A stretch of DNA of 64,000 nucleotides from an uncultured Pseudomonadales bacterium (GTDB taxonomy: Bacteria > Pseudomonadota > Gammaproteobacteria > Pseudomonadales > JBECKS01): contig CAZKYI010000002.1 of NCBI GenBank assembly GCA_964557005.1, positions 129,526 to 193,525 of the forward strand, in the 5' to 3' direction. Of the stretch, positions 47,596 to 58,488 are shown one piece after another. A program made the position numbers and the translations under genes. Position 1 is the stretch's first letter. The number at the start of each line of letters is the position of its first letter. Under the pieces are notes generated by a model. That model had not been told where the DNA came from, searched no databases, and was given only the letters and a program-made list of their open reading frames with translations.

Positions 47596-48378
47596 GTGAT
47601 GATTTTTGGCTTCGAACTAACGACCATTCTCGCCATGATTGTGGGCGGCCTGCTTTTTGGCCAGCTCATGGTATTCGGCGTGGGTGGTTTGTTTCATGCG
47701 TATTTTTTTGTTTATAAAAAACAACAAAAAGATGAATGGAAAATTCAACCCAAGCGCTGGCCAAGTGATGAAAAGGTGAAATCTGCCATTAAATACAGTG
47801 CCATGAATCTGGCTTTTGGTACCTTCACGGGCGTTCCGCTGGCCATTTATGTTATAAACGGCGGCTGGTCGATGATTTATTTCAATGCCAGTGATTTACC
47901 CTGGGTGTGGCACATTGTTTCGTTCTTTTTAACCGTGCTGATGATTGATGCCTATCTGTATTATTCGCACCGTTTGTTGCACACGCCCTTGTTTTATAAA
48001 AAATATCACTCGGTGCACCATCGCTGGCTCGATCCACATATTTTTACCACCGTTGCCATGCATCCGGTTGAATTTATGTTTTTTCAAATCGGGTTAATTT
48101 TACCGATGTTTGTGATTCCACAATGGTGGGTGATTTATTTTGCAGCGATTGCCTACACCTTTGTAATTGGTTTGATTGATCACTGTGGTGTGCGTATCAA
48201 AATGCCCTGGTGGACCTTGCATGGGGGTGACAATACTTTCCATGATGATCACCATAAGTTTTTCCATACCAACTTTGGTCACCACACCGCGATTTGGGAC
48301 AAGTTACACGGTACGGTACGTCAGGAAAACCGTGCTTATGGCGAGAATAATTTTGGCGGGAAAGGTGCAGCGAAGTAA
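47596..48378 (+). CDS. fatty-acid hydroxylase / sterol desaturase superfamily membrane di-iron enzyme
   Basis: His boxes HRLLH, HSVHHRW and HDDHHKFFH, with 4-5 TM segments. The start is GTG at 47596 or ATG at 47599. Confidence 0.85.
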   Translation: MMIFGFELTTILAMIVGGLLFGQLMVFGVGGLFHAYFFVYKKQQKDEWKIQPKRWPSDEKVKSAIKYSAMNLAFGTFTGVPLAIYVINGGWSMIYFNASDLPWVWHIVSFFLTVLMIDAYLYYSHRLLHTPLFYKKYHSVHHRWLDPHIFTTVAMHPVEFMFFQIGLILPMFVIPQWWVIYFAAIAYTFVIGLIDHCGVRIKMPWWTLHGGDNTFHDDHHKFFHTNFGHHTAIWDKLHGTVRQENRAYGENNFGGKGAAK

Positions 48379-48381
48379 AAT

Positions 48382-49053
48382 TTATTGCCATCCAAGCGGG
48401 AGTTTAACTTCTCCTTCTTTTTTTTCCTTTTCGATTTCTTCCAGCCTTTCAATATGTTTGGCGAAGGTTTGCGTAATTTTTTTCTGCTCTTCTTTTTGAA
48501 CAAGAATGTGTTGTTCTGCTGAGCGAATTTGCGCACGGATATTTTCCAAGGCATCTAACACAACAGCAGGAACTTCCTTGCCTTCTCTTTCAGCTGCCGC
48601 TGCATAGGCCAGTTCCTTTTCTTCATCCTGTTTTAATTTTCTGATGTTGCTTTCAGCGACAATAATCAAAGTATTCAAAGCGCTCAGATTTCTGTCACGT
48701 GCACGTACCGCATCGCCCGCATCGCTATAACGCTCCAGCAACCATCGGTCTTTTCTCTTTTGTTCCTTGCGCAACTCTTCACGTTGCTGTTCATGGCTCA
48801 TGTTTGCACGGTCTTCATCAGTCAGTGCCGGTTCAATGGTTTCAATCACCATGCCGTTTTTATTGAGAATGCTATAGCCTTTGGGTACGAATTCGGGGGG
48901 AATGCGATCATCAATCACCACTTCACCCTTGTTGCCGATATACCGATACAGCTCATCGGCTGCGTGCACAGGGGTATTGTGCAAGCACACCAGTGCTAAC
49001 ACGCTCACGCAAGTGAAAAGGTGATGATTAAACGAAAAGGTAATCAATGACAT
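48382..49053 (-). CDS. DUF4124 domain protein with a charged C-terminal half
   Basis: A signal-like N-terminus, then LYRYIGNKGEVVIDDRIPPE, which is the DUF4124 pattern. The C-terminal half is rich in E, K and R. Confidence 0.65.
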   Translation of the reverse strand: MSLITFSFNHHLFTCVSVLALVCLHNTPVHAADELYRYIGNKGEVVIDDRIPPEFVPKGYSILNKNGMVIETIEPALTDEDRANMSHEQQREELRKEQKRKDRWLLERYSDAGDAVRARDRNLSALNTLIIVAESNIRKLKQDEEKELAYAAAAEREGKEVPAVVLDALENIRAQIRSAEQHILVQKEEQKKITQTFAKHIERLEEIEKEKKEGEVKLPLGWQ

Positions 49054-49101
49054 AACTCGCTTAATGTAAATTCAATGAGTCTGCCGATTCAAGCTGTCGA
49101 C

Positions 49102-49749
49102 TCAGATGCTGCCGTATTCTGCTCGATACGCTTTAATTTTGGGAAGGTGCTCGGCAAAATCGGCGCGCTCACCTACAAAATCAATTAACTGCTGTAATTT
49201 TATAATACTGGTCACGGGCATATTAAAGGTATTTACAAGCTCTTCAATAGCCGACAACCGGTTTTGCCCACGCTCCTGCCGATCGATGGCGATAAGTACA
49301 CCGGCCAGTTCTGCTTCGGGTGCTTGCTGTACCAAGGCAATCGCTTCACGAATGGCCGTACCTGCGGTAATCACATCATCTATGATGACTACCTTGCCCT
49401 TAAGTTCCGCACCAATCAGCTTGCCGCCTTCACCATGGGTCTTGGCTTCCTTGCGATTGAACACCACCTGACAGTTGCGCGAGAAATCATCCGCCAGTGC
49501 CATGGCTGTCACACTGGCAATGGGAATACCTTTATAGGCAGGGCCAAACAGTACATCGAATTCCAGCTTGTGCGCTTCGATGGCCTGTGCATAGAAACGT
49601 CCAAGTCTTGAAAAATGCTCGCCACTGCAAAACAGGCCAGCATTGAAAAAGTAGGGGCTGATGCGCCCCGATTTGAGTGTGAATTCGCCAAATCGGAGTG
49701 CTCCTACCTCAAGTGCAAATTCAATAAAGGCTTTTTGATAATCTTGCAT
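49102..49749 (-). CDS. pyrE: orotate phosphoribosyltransferase
   Basis: [36 protein letters not shown] and the PRPP motif [13 protein letters not shown]. The longer start at 49785 would overlap rph. Confidence 0.95.
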   Translation of the reverse strand: MQDYQKAFIEFALEVGALRFGEFTLKSGRISPYFFNAGLFCSGEHFSRLGRFYAQAIEAHKLEFDVLFGPAYKGIPIASVTAMALADDFSRNCQVVFNRKEAKTHGEGGKLIGAELKGKVVIIDDVITAGTAIREAIALVQQAPEAELAGVLIAIDRQERGQNRLSAIEELVNTFNMPVTSIIKLQQLIDFVGERADFAEHLPKIKAYRAEYGSI

Positions 49750-49753
49750 AAAC

Positions 49754-50470
49754 CTATATTCCCAATACCTGCTTTTGCATAGCAATCAACTCTTGAATAC
49801 CCTGCGCGGCCAAATCCAGCATTTGGTTGGCTTGCTCACGTGAAAACGGTTCGCCCTCAGCAGTGCCTTGAATTTCAATAAACTGGCCGTTTTCAGCCAT
49901 CACCACATTCATATCGGTTTCGGCGCTGGAATCTTCGGGATAATCCAGATCCAGCACCGCCGTGCCTTCATACATACCCACCGATACCGAGGCAACCATC
50001 TGCTTTAAAGGTGAACTTTTCACGATGCCTTTTTCCTGCAGATAAGTGAGCGCATCGACCAGCGCGACACAGGCTCCGGTAATTGAAGCGGTGCGTGTGC
50101 CGCCGTCAGCCTGAATCACATCGCAATCAATGTTAATGGTGTTTTCACCAAGCTTGCTCATATCGACACTCGCACGCAAGGCTCTGCCAATCAGACGTTG
50201 AATTTCCTGAGTGCGGCCACTTTGCTTGCCCTTGGCTGCTTCACGTGCCATGCGTGTTCCTGTAGAGCGTGGCAGCATGCCATATTCTGCGGTTATCCAG
50301 CCTTGACCTTTTCCTTTGAGAAAACGCGGCACGCCTTCTTCAATGCTGGCGGTGCAAATCACCTTGGTATTGCCGAATTCTACCAGCACCGAGCCTTCGG
50401 CATGTTGGGTAAAGTGGCGGGTGATTTTGACGGCTCGAAGTTGATTGGAAGCTCTTCCGCTTGGGCGCAT
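49754..50470 (-). CDS. rph: ribonuclease PH
   Basis: [12 protein letters not shown]...[15 protein letters not shown], and 238 aa. Confidence 0.97.
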   Translation of the reverse strand: MRPSGRASNQLRAVKITRHFTQHAEGSVLVEFGNTKVICTASIEEGVPRFLKGKGQGWITAEYGMLPRSTGTRMAREAAKGKQSGRTQEIQRLIGRALRASVDMSKLGENTINIDCDVIQADGGTRTASITGACVALVDALTYLQEKGIVKSSPLKQMVASVSVGMYEGTAVLDLDYPEDSSAETDMNVVMAENGQFIEIQGTAEGEPFSREQANQMLDLAAQGIQELIAMQKQVLGI

Positions 50471-50572
50471 GGGTGGTTCTCTTTTTCTTATATTTTTGGG
50501 ACGCGGATTCTATAAGGTTTTGTGAAATCCCGATACCCGCTATCATTGTGCAAAAAATTACACAGACTGATT

Positions 50573-51457
50573 ATGCCCAATATCCGCAGTATGACCGCCT
50601 TTGCACGCGTCGAAGAAAAAAGTGCTTTCGCCAATCTCAGTTGGGAAATCAAATCCGTTAATCACCGTTATCTCGACATCAGCATTCGCTTACCCGAAAA
50701 ATTGCGTTATCTGGAAAACGAACTGCGCAATCGTTTGCGACAAACGCTTGATCGCGGCAAGGTCGAACTGGGCTTGCGTCTGGAAGAGCTGCAAAACGAA
50801 AGCAGCGAATTGCAGGTCGATGAAGTCTTGATCAAACAACTGCTGCAAGCGCGTGAAAAAATTGAAAGCATTTTGATGGTGTCCAAACCGCTCGCCACCA
50901 GCGACATCATGCGTTGGCCAGGCGTTATTGGTAGCGCAAACATGGATATGGAAGCACTGGAAGAACAGGCGCTGGGCAGTTTTGAAAAAGCGCTTAAGCA
51001 ATTTGTGCAAACACGTGAGCGTGAGGGCGCTGAGCTAAAACTGTTGATTGAACAGCGTCTCGATAAAATAGACGGTTTTGTCGGGCAGTGTCGCAAGTTG
51101 ATGCCCGAAACGCTGGAGAAACATCGTGAAAAACTTCACACACGCTTGATACAAATTCTCGATAAACATGCCGAACAAGTGAATCAGGAGCGTCTGGAGC
51201 AAGAACTGGTTATGTTCGCGCAAAAAATTGATATTGAAGAAGAGCTCGACAGGCTCGAAGCGCATAAAAAGGAAGTTGCGCGAATTTTAAAACAGGGCGG
51301 GGCAGTTGGCAGGCAACTGGATTTTCTGATGCAGGAACTCAATCGCGAAGCCAATACCACTGGCTCCAAATCCACCAATGCTGAACAAAGTCAGGCGGTG
51401 GTCGATTTGAAAGTGTGCATTGAACAAATGCGCGAGCAGATTCAGAATATTGAATGA
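50573..51457 (+). CDS. yicC: YicC-family stress-induced protein
   Basis: IRSMTAFAR...SWEIKSVNHRYLD at the N-terminus and a C-terminal LNREANTTGSKS motif. Confidence 0.9.
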   Translation: MPNIRSMTAFARVEEKSAFANLSWEIKSVNHRYLDISIRLPEKLRYLENELRNRLRQTLDRGKVELGLRLEELQNESSELQVDEVLIKQLLQAREKIESILMVSKPLATSDIMRWPGVIGSANMDMEALEEQALGSFEKALKQFVQTREREGAELKLLIEQRLDKIDGFVGQCRKLMPETLEKHREKLHTRLIQILDKHAEQVNQERLEQELVMFAQKIDIEEELDRLEAHKKEVARILKQGGAVGRQLDFLMQELNREANTTGSKSTNAEQSQAVVDLKVCIEQMREQIQNIE

Positions 51458-52113
51458 GGCTCCCCATGATGACACCTGACACTGCACAACAAGGCACTTT
51501 ATTCGTCATCTCTGCGCCTTCGGGTGCGGGAAAAACCAGCTTGTTGGCAAAGTGTCTCGAACATAATCCGCAACTCAGTTTGTCGGTTTCGCATACCACA
51601 CGCCCACCACGTAAAGGTGAAGTGAATGGTGTGAATTATCACTTTGTCGATAAAACCACCTTTGAAACCATGATCGCCGATGGGCGCTTTCTTGAAAGCG
51701 CGACCGTGTTTGGTAATTACTACGGTACTTCGCAAACCGAGGTGCAACAAAAACTGGACAGTGGCAACGATGTGATTCTGGAAATCGATTGGCAGGGTGC
51801 GCAGCAGGTGCGCAAGCACTTCAAACATCTGGTCAGCATCTTTATTTTGCCGCCTTCGCTGGCGGTTCTGAAACAACGCCTGAGTGATCGTGGACAAGAT
51901 GAACCTGCCATCATTGAACGGCGCTTGGCCGAGGCCCAGGAAGAAATTTCTCACAGTTTGGAGTTCGATTATTTGCTGGTGAATGATGATTTTGAAACCG
52001 CTTTAAAAGAACTCAATGCCATTTTCCTGAATCATCGGGTTTTGAAAAAAGCCAAAAGTGTTACCTGCCTGCACTTGCTGGAAGCGTTATTGAAGCCTGA
52101 AGGCCAAGTCTGA
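51454..52113 (+). CDS. gmk: guanylate kinase
   Basis: GTLFVISAPSGAGKTSL and TTRPPRKGEVNGVNYHF. The start overlaps the yicC stop (ATGA); ATGs at 51466 and 51469 are alternatives. Confidence 0.95.
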   Translation: MRLPMMTPDTAQQGTLFVISAPSGAGKTSLLAKCLEHNPQLSLSVSHTTRPPRKGEVNGVNYHFVDKTTFETMIADGRFLESATVFGNYYGTSQTEVQQKLDSGNDVILEIDWQGAQQVRKHFKHLVSIFILPPSLAVLKQRLSDRGQDEPAIIERRLAEAQEEISHSLEFDYLLVNDDFETALKELNAIFLNHRVLKKAKSVTCLHLLEALLKPEGQV

Positions 52114-52204
52114 CAAGGGCTGGAGCCACTCAGACTGTTCAAATGCTGTGGATTCTTGCTAGAATCACGCCCCCTCCTGTGGAATTACTGTAAGGTTAAA
52201 AGTT

Positions 52205-52483
52205 ATGGCTCGAATCACCGTTGAAGATTGTCTTGAATACGTCGAAAACCGTTTTGAATTGGTATTGGTGGCTGCCAAACGCGCACGCCAGATTTCCAAC
52301 GGCGGCAAGGATCCTCTGGTTCCCTGGGAAAACGACAAGTCAACCGTAGTTGCCCTGCGTGAAATTGCCGAAGGTTACCGCAATGTTTTTGAAAAACGCG
52401 AAATCGAAGATTTTGACAGTGCGGATATTGATGCCAATCTGAGAGAGGAATTCGCTGAACTCAATGCGCTCGCAAATTTGTAA
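52205..52483 (+). CDS. rpoZ: RNA polymerase omega subunit
   Basis: [30 protein letters not shown]. Confidence 0.97.
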   Translation: MARITVEDCLEYVENRFELVLVAAKRARQISNGGKDPLVPWENDKSTVVALREIAEGYRNVFEKREIEDFDSADIDANLREEFAELNALANL

Positions 52484-52509
52484 CTCTTTTCTCCCAAAGG
52501 CTTTGAATT

Positions 52510-54642
52510 ATGGAATCGTTTCAAAGCCTTGAAAAAAAGCTCTCTGTCTATCTCGACCCTCTTTATATTGCTGAAATAGAAGCAGCCTATCGCGTTGCTG
52601 AAAAAGCACACCACGGACAGCATCGCCGCAGCGGTGAACCTTATATTACCCACCCACTTGCTGTAGCAGAAATTCTTGCTGACATGCACATGGATCATCA
52701 AAGTTTGATGGCGGCACTGTTACATGACGTGATTGAAGACACCAACGCCAGTAAGGAAAGTATCGCCGAACGCTTTGGTACCACGGTTGCCGATTTGGTG
52801 GACGGTTTAAGCAAGATTTCGCAAATTAAATTTGAAACACGCAAACAGGAGCAGGCAGAAAATTTTCGCAAGATGATGCTGGCGATGACCGAAGATATTC
52901 GTGTGATTTTGGTCAAACTGGCCGACCGCCTGCATAACATGCGCACACTCACCGTTTTGCAACCTGAAAAACGCAGACGTATCGCCAAGGAAACCCTGGA
53001 AATCTATGCACCCATTGCCAATCGTTTGGGCATGAACAATATGCGCATGGAGTTTGAGGATTTGAGTTTTAATGCGCTTTATCCACTGCGTTCAAGGCGC
53101 ATAGAACGCGCCATTGTCGCTGCAAGAGGCAACCGCAAGGGCATGGTGGAAAAAATCAGCGAGTCCATTCAACACGCTTTGGAAAAGGCAGGCATGGAAG
53201 GCAAGGTGATTGGGCGCGAAAAACATTTGTACAGCATCTACAGCAAGATGCGCCAGAACCGCAAACCCTTTTCTGAAATTATGGACGTTTATGGTTTCAG
53301 GGTTTTATTGTCCTCTGTTGATGAATGTTATAGAGCCTTGGGTGTGATTCATAATTTGTATCCTCCTTTGCCAGGGCGCTTCAAGGATTACATTGCTATT
53401 CCCAAGGCGAATGGCTATCAATCCCTGCATACCACGTTAAAAGGCATGAATGGCCTGCCGATTGAGATACAACTGCGTACCCATGAAATGGAAGATATGG
53501 CTAACAATGGTATCGCGGCACACTGGTTATACAAATCAGAAGAAGGGAAACACAAAAAGAGTTTTATGGGCGGCGAGCATTTCTCGCACCATCGTGCACG
53601 GGAATGGATGAAGGGTTTGCTCGAAATGCAGCAAAATGCAGGAAATTCCCTTGAATTTATTGAAAACGTCAAAATCGATTTGTTTCCCGATGAAGTGTAT
53701 TTGTTTACGCCCAAAGGCATGATTATTTCTCTACCCACGGGTTCCACACCGATTGATTTTGCTTATTACATTCATACCGATGTTGGCAATGCCTGTGTTG
53801 CCGCGCGTGTGGATCATCGTTATGCACCTTTGAACGTCAAGCTGAGAAGCGGGCAAACCGTCGAAATTATTACTGCGCCGGGTTCAGGCCCCAATCCGAC
53901 CTGGCTTGATTTTGTAAGAACGGTGAAGGCACGTTCCAATATTCGTCATTACCTGAAACACCAGAAAACTTCTGAATCGATTGATTTGGGCAAGCGCCTG
54001 TTGCAAAAATCGCTCGCTTCGCTGTCTATGAAACTCGAAGAAATTCCTCAGGAAAATATCCATCGGGTGATGGAACAATCGGGTTACGAAACTTTTGAAC
54101 AACTGCTCGAAAATATTGGTTTGGGAAATTATTTACCCGCCATCATTGCGCGCCGCCTCGCACCCATGCAGGAAGGTGAAGAAGGCGATTTCAGCAATAT
54201 GGATACACCGCTTGCCATTACTGGCACCGAAGGCATGGTGGTGAATTTTGCAAAATGTTGTCGACCGATTCCGGGGGAACAAATTATCGGCCACATGAGT
54301 ACAGGAAAAGGCATAGTGATTCATCAGGTGGAATGTCGAAACCTTGCCGATGCTGACAAGCATCCTGAAAAATATCTCAGCCTTACGTGGGCAAAAAATA
54401 TTGAAGGTGAGTTTACCGTTGAGTTGATTCTTGAAGCCGAAAATAATCGTGGCCTGATTGCCAATCTTGCTAACATTATTACCCAACTGGACGGCAATAT
54501 TGACAGCATTCATCTCGATGAAAAAGATGCCACCATCGGTACCATTCGTATTGTGATGTCAGTGAGTGACCGTGTGCATCTGGCCAACATCATCAAGAAA
54601 CTGCGTGCAGTCAAACAGGTGAATAAACTCACGCGCGTTTAA
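52510..54642 (+). CDS. spoT: bifunctional (p)ppGpp synthetase / hydrolase
   Basis: HD domain HRRSGEPYITHPLAVA followed by synthetase, TGS and ACT regions. It follows rpoZ, as in other gammaproteobacteria. Confidence 0.95.
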   Translation: MESFQSLEKKLSVYLDPLYIAEIEAAYRVAEKAHHGQHRRSGEPYITHPLAVAEILADMHMDHQSLMAALLHDVIEDTNASKESIAERFGTTVADLVDGLSKISQIKFETRKQEQAENFRKMMLAMTEDIRVILVKLADRLHNMRTLTVLQPEKRRRIAKETLEIYAPIANRLGMNNMRMEFEDLSFNALYPLRSRRIERAIVAARGNRKGMVEKISESIQHALEKAGMEGKVIGREKHLYSIYSKMRQNRKPFSEIMDVYGFRVLLSSVDECYRALGVIHNLYPPLPGRFKDYIAIPKANGYQSLHTTLKGMNGLPIEIQLRTHEMEDMANNGIAAHWLYKSEEGKHKKSFMGGEHFSHHRAREWMKGLLEMQQNAGNSLEFIENVKIDLFPDEVYLFTPKGMIISLPTGSTPIDFAYYIHTDVGNACVAARVDHRYAPLNVKLRSGQTVEIITAPGSGPNPTWLDFVRTVKARSNIRHYLKHQKTSESIDLGKRLLQKSLASLSMKLEEIPQENIHRVMEQSGYETFEQLLENIGLGNYLPAIIARRLAPMQEGEEGDFSNMDTPLAITGTEGMVVNFAKCCRPIPGEQIIGHMSTGKGIVIHQVECRNLADADKHPEKYLSLTWAKNIEGEFTVELILEAENNRGLIANLANIITQLDGNIDSIHLDEKDATIGTIRIVMSVSDRVHLANIIKKLRAVKQVNKLTRV

Positions 54643-54666
54643 ATTTTTTATTCTCAGGAAATCCGT

Positions 54667-55053
54667 ATGAACAAATCCATTGTACAAACCGACAAGGCAC
54701 CACAGGCGATTGGTACTTATTCGCAGGCCATCAAGGTGGGCAATACGGTTTATCTTTCGGGACAAATTCCGTTAGTTCCAGAAACCATGACTTTGGTGGA
54801 AGGTGACATCAGCGCACACATCAGACAGGTTTTTGATAATTTGAGCGCTGTATGTGAAGCCGCAGGCGGAAGTCTTAACAATATCGTCAAGCTGAATATT
54901 TTTCTGGTTGATCTTGCACATTTTGCAACGGTGAATGAAATCATGGCGAGTTATTTCAGCAAGCCCTATCCCGCACGTGCAGCCATTGGTGTGGCCAGTT
55001 TGCCCAGGAATGCCCAGGTAGAAATGGACGGCATATTGGTGGTAAACGATTAA
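54667..55053 (+). CDS. ridA: RidA/YjgF-family reactive-intermediate deaminase
   Basis: [25 protein letters not shown] and [12 protein letters not shown]. Confidence 0.9.
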   Translation: MNKSIVQTDKAPQAIGTYSQAIKVGNTVYLSGQIPLVPETMTLVEGDISAHIRQVFDNLSAVCEAAGGSLNNIVKLNIFLVDLAHFATVNEIMASYFSKPYPARAAIGVASLPRNAQVEMDGILVVND

Positions 55054-55056
55054 ACA

Positions 55057-57108
55057 ATGCCACAACTTGGCGAGCTAAAAGGCGTTGGTGTCAAACTTCA
55101 GGAAACGCTGGCCAAACTCAACATTCATTGTTTTGAGGATTTGCTGTTTCACTTCCCCTTTCGTTTTGAAGATCGCACACGCCTCACCCCCATTGCACGT
55201 TTGAAACTCAGGCAACTGGCGGTTGTTGATGCCGAGATTATCAGTGCGAACATCAGTTTTGGAAAACGTCGCAGCCTGTCTGTGAGTATTCGTGATCAGA
55301 GCGGTGTGTGTTATTTGCGCTTTTTTCACTTCAATAAAAGTCAGCTTCAACAATTTTCCGAGGGCAAAAAAATTCGTGCGATTGGTGAAGCGCGTTTGGG
55401 CGCACACGGTGTGGAACTCTATCACCCTGAGTATCGTATTTATCAGGAGGCACCACCCGCGCTTGAAGCACATCTCACACCCGTGTATCGCTCTTGTGAA
55501 GGGCTAAGCAGCAAGCGCATTGCCTTGTTAATCGAACAGGCGCTGAATTTGCTCGACAAGCATCCGCAATATTCGTTGCTGCCGAATACTTTTTTTACAC
55601 AGCACGAAGCCGTTTCGCTCAATCAAATCCTGCGCACCATTCACAAGCCAAAAAATTGGGACGATGCCAGTTTGCTCAGTGAAGCACGCCACCCTTTTCA
55701 AAAACAACTGGCTTTGGAAGAACTGGTGGCGCATAGCCTGAGTGCCCACAATAAAAAGAAAAATACAATTTCACCCACGCAGCCGATTGTTTTTGATGAA
55801 ACCCTGCATCAACAATTTCTTGCAAGTTTACCTTTTGCGTTAACTGGCGCGCAGCAAAGGGTAATTCAGGAATGTATGCGCAATATGAACACTGGACATG
55901 CCATGCGCAGGCTGATTCAAGGCGATGTTGGTTCGGGAAAAACGCTGGTGGCCGCAGCACTTGCCTTGCAGGTGATTCAACAAGGTGGGCAGGTTGCGTT
56001 GATGGTGCCGACCGAGATTCTCGCCGAGCAGCATGTACACAATTTCGAGCATTGGTTCAAAGCTTTTAATATCAAAGCAGGAACTTTGCTTGGAAAACAC
56101 AGTGCCAAACAACGCAAAGATATTCTGGAAAATCTTGCCACAAAAAAAATACAGCTGGTTATTGGTACACATGCCCTGTTTCAAAAAGAAGTCGCATTTA
56201 ACGATTTGGCTTTGGTGATTATTGATGAACAACACCGCTTTGGTGTGCACCAGCGTTTGGCGCTTGGACAAAAAGCACAGTACACCCCGCATCAGGTGAT
56301 TATGACTGCCACACCGATTCCGCGCTCACTGGCCATGACTATTTATGGTGATCTGGATTGTAGTGTGATGAATGAACTGCCTCCTGGTCGCACGCCTGTA
56401 AAAACGGTACTCATTGCCAACCAACGTCGCAGGCAAGTGTTCGAACGTGTCAATGCTGCATGTCGCTCAGGCGCACAGGCGTATTGGGTGTGTACACTGA
56501 TTGAAGAATCCGAAAGTCTGCAAGCCAAGGCCGCAGAAGAATTATTGGAAGAATTACAAAAAAATTTACCGCAGCTCAACATTGGTTTGATTCATGGGCG
56601 TTTAAAAACGCAACAAAAAACCGAGGTGATACAGGCTTTCAGAAACAATCAATTACATGTACTGGTGGCGACCACTGTGATTGAAGTGGGCGTCGATATT
56701 CCCAATGCCAATGTGATGGTGATTGAAAATCCTGAGCGTTTGGGGCTGGCACAATTACATCAACTGCGTGGCCGTGTCGGGCGTGGTGCAAAAGAAAGTT
56801 TTTGTGTGCTGTTGTATGAATCACCGCTTGGGCAAATTGCCAAACAGCGTTTGGGCGTGATGCGTGACAGCAACGATGGCTTTGTGATTGCAGAAAAAGA
56901 TTTGGAAATTCGCGGCCCGGGTGAAGTGATGGGCACACGTCAGGCAGGTGCTGCACTATTCAAAGTGGCTGACTTGTTACGAGATGCCGATTTACTGGAG
57001 CAGGCCAAACACATCGCGCAACAGGTATTAGCGCAAGAGCCAGAAAAAATCACTGCCTATTTGAATCGCTGGCTGGGTGAGAAACAACATTATGGTGATG
57101 TGGGGTAA
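55057..57108 (+). CDS. recG: ATP-dependent DNA helicase RecG
   Basis: Wedge domain, Walker A GDVGSGKT, DEQHRFG, and QLHQLRGRVGRG. Confidence 0.95.
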   Translation: MPQLGELKGVGVKLQETLAKLNIHCFEDLLFHFPFRFEDRTRLTPIARLKLRQLAVVDAEIISANISFGKRRSLSVSIRDQSGVCYLRFFHFNKSQLQQFSEGKKIRAIGEARLGAHGVELYHPEYRIYQEAPPALEAHLTPVYRSCEGLSSKRIALLIEQALNLLDKHPQYSLLPNTFFTQHEAVSLNQILRTIHKPKNWDDASLLSEARHPFQKQLALEELVAHSLSAHNKKKNTISPTQPIVFDETLHQQFLASLPFALTGAQQRVIQECMRNMNTGHAMRRLIQGDVGSGKTLVAAALALQVIQQGGQVALMVPTEILAEQHVHNFEHWFKAFNIKAGTLLGKHSAKQRKDILENLATKKIQLVIGTHALFQKEVAFNDLALVIIDEQHRFGVHQRLALGQKAQYTPHQVIMTATPIPRSLAMTIYGDLDCSVMNELPPGRTPVKTVLIANQRRRQVFERVNAACRSGAQAYWVCTLIEESESLQAKAAEELLEELQKNLPQLNIGLIHGRLKTQQKTEVIQAFRNNQLHVLVATTVIEVGVDIPNANVMVIENPERLGLAQLHQLRGRVGRGAKESFCVLLYESPLGQIAKQRLGVMRDSNDGFVIAEKDLEIRGPGEVMGTRQAGAALFKVADLLRDADLLEQAKHIAQQVLAQEPEKITAYLNRWLGEKQHYGDVG

Positions 57109-57129
57109 ACGCCTCCAAACATGCAATGA

Positions 57130-58404
57130 TTAAACTGCTCGCTTGGTTCGCAAATTCATAAACGGCTTTTCAATTAAAGTATAAGTAAAAATACAGAACA
57201 CAAAATTCATCACCAGGGCCAGCGCACAAAACCCCAACATAAAGGCAGGTGTCAGCTGTTCTACCTGCAAATAGCCGTAGTCGGTTAAATCACGCACACG
57301 AAACATTAAAAACGAAATAAACACAATGTGAAAGATATACATGGAATAACTCAGTTGTGCCAAAGGATAAAACGCTTTCAAACTGAAAAAGCGATTCAGC
57401 CAACTCATGGCAGTGTCTTTGTTGATGCTTAAAAAAATAATCCACGCCAGACACATGCAATACAGATTTCTGTTGGCAACAATATACACATCTTTAAACC
57501 ACTGCGGCCAAATAATCGTTTGATTGGCGACAGGCAAAAAAATCAGCGCAAAAAACAATAATAAAAACGCCAGATTGATTACCCACACCTGTGTGCGTTT
57601 TTTAAGAAAAGTGCTTACTTTTTCCTGATGATAGGTGCTGATATACGCAATAAAGATTCCGCAAATAAATGCGCCATAACGGGTATATAAATTATCGTAC
57701 ATCACGGTGGAATAATGATTCAGATGTTCGTAGTCGCTCACCAGTACCGACATATCAATGCCGCGTACCAAAGGATCAAACATCACCAAGGCAGCGCGAA
57801 TCATAAAAGACAACACAAACAAGCCCAGCAAGCTGTAGCCAAGGGAAAGTTTTTGTCTGGCGAGTAATAAAATGGTGAGCGGGAAAATCAGATAAAATTG
57901 CTCTTCTACTGCCAGTGTCCATGTCCACACCATCGCCATGGTTTCATAAGCGAAAAAATTATTGATATAGAGCAGGTTTTGCCAAAGATTCTCCCAATAT
58001 GGGCCGCGCATTAACCAATAACAAAGAATTGAAAACACATACACAGGCGTGAGTCGCAAATAACGCCGACCATAAAAATTCAGCAGTTGAATATCTTGTG
58101 TTTGTTTGAATTCTCGAAACAACAAACCACCAATCAGAAAACCACTTAAAAAGAAAAAGGTATCGACGGCTTTATCCGCATTCCATAACCAGTTTAACCA
58201 GAGCGGGCTGGCTTCAATCAGTTGTAACAGTTTGTCGTAGCCGTAGTGATATTTGGCGTATAAAAAGCAGTGGAACATGAACATCCACACGAACGAAAGC
58301 CCGCGCAGGCCATCGATGGCAGCGTAGTTGTCGTTGGGTCTTTCAAAAATGGCGCGAAAATTTTCTTTGAAACGCCAGGCATTTTTTATTTTTGTGCGAT
58401 TCAA
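57130..58404 (-). CDS. acyltransferase-3 family membrane protein (OafA/YrhL-like)
   Basis: IDGLRGLSFVWMFMFHC and about 10 TM segments. Confidence 0.8.
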   Translation of the reverse strand: MNRTKIKNAWRFKENFRAIFERPNDNYAAIDGLRGLSFVWMFMFHCFLYAKYHYGYDKLLQLIEASPLWLNWLWNADKAVDTFFFLSGFLIGGLLFREFKQTQDIQLLNFYGRRYLRLTPVYVFSILCYWLMRGPYWENLWQNLLYINNFFAYETMAMVWTWTLAVEEQFYLIFPLTILLLARQKLSLGYSLLGLFVLSFMIRAALVMFDPLVRGIDMSVLVSDYEHLNHYSTVMYDNLYTRYGAFICGIFIAYISTYHQEKVSTFLKKRTQVWVINLAFLLLFFALIFLPVANQTIIWPQWFKDVYIVANRNLYCMCLAWIIFLSINKDTAMSWLNRFFSLKAFYPLAQLSYSMYIFHIVFISFLMFRVRDLTDYGYLQVEQLTPAFMLGFCALALVMNFVFCIFTYTLIEKPFMNLRTKRAV

Positions 58405-58488
58405 ACCGGGTGATGTCCTGTGTGGTGGCTATCAGGCAAGTCCGCTTAATGCTATCAGTGAACAATAGACCTTTGCTAGAATGCAGCG

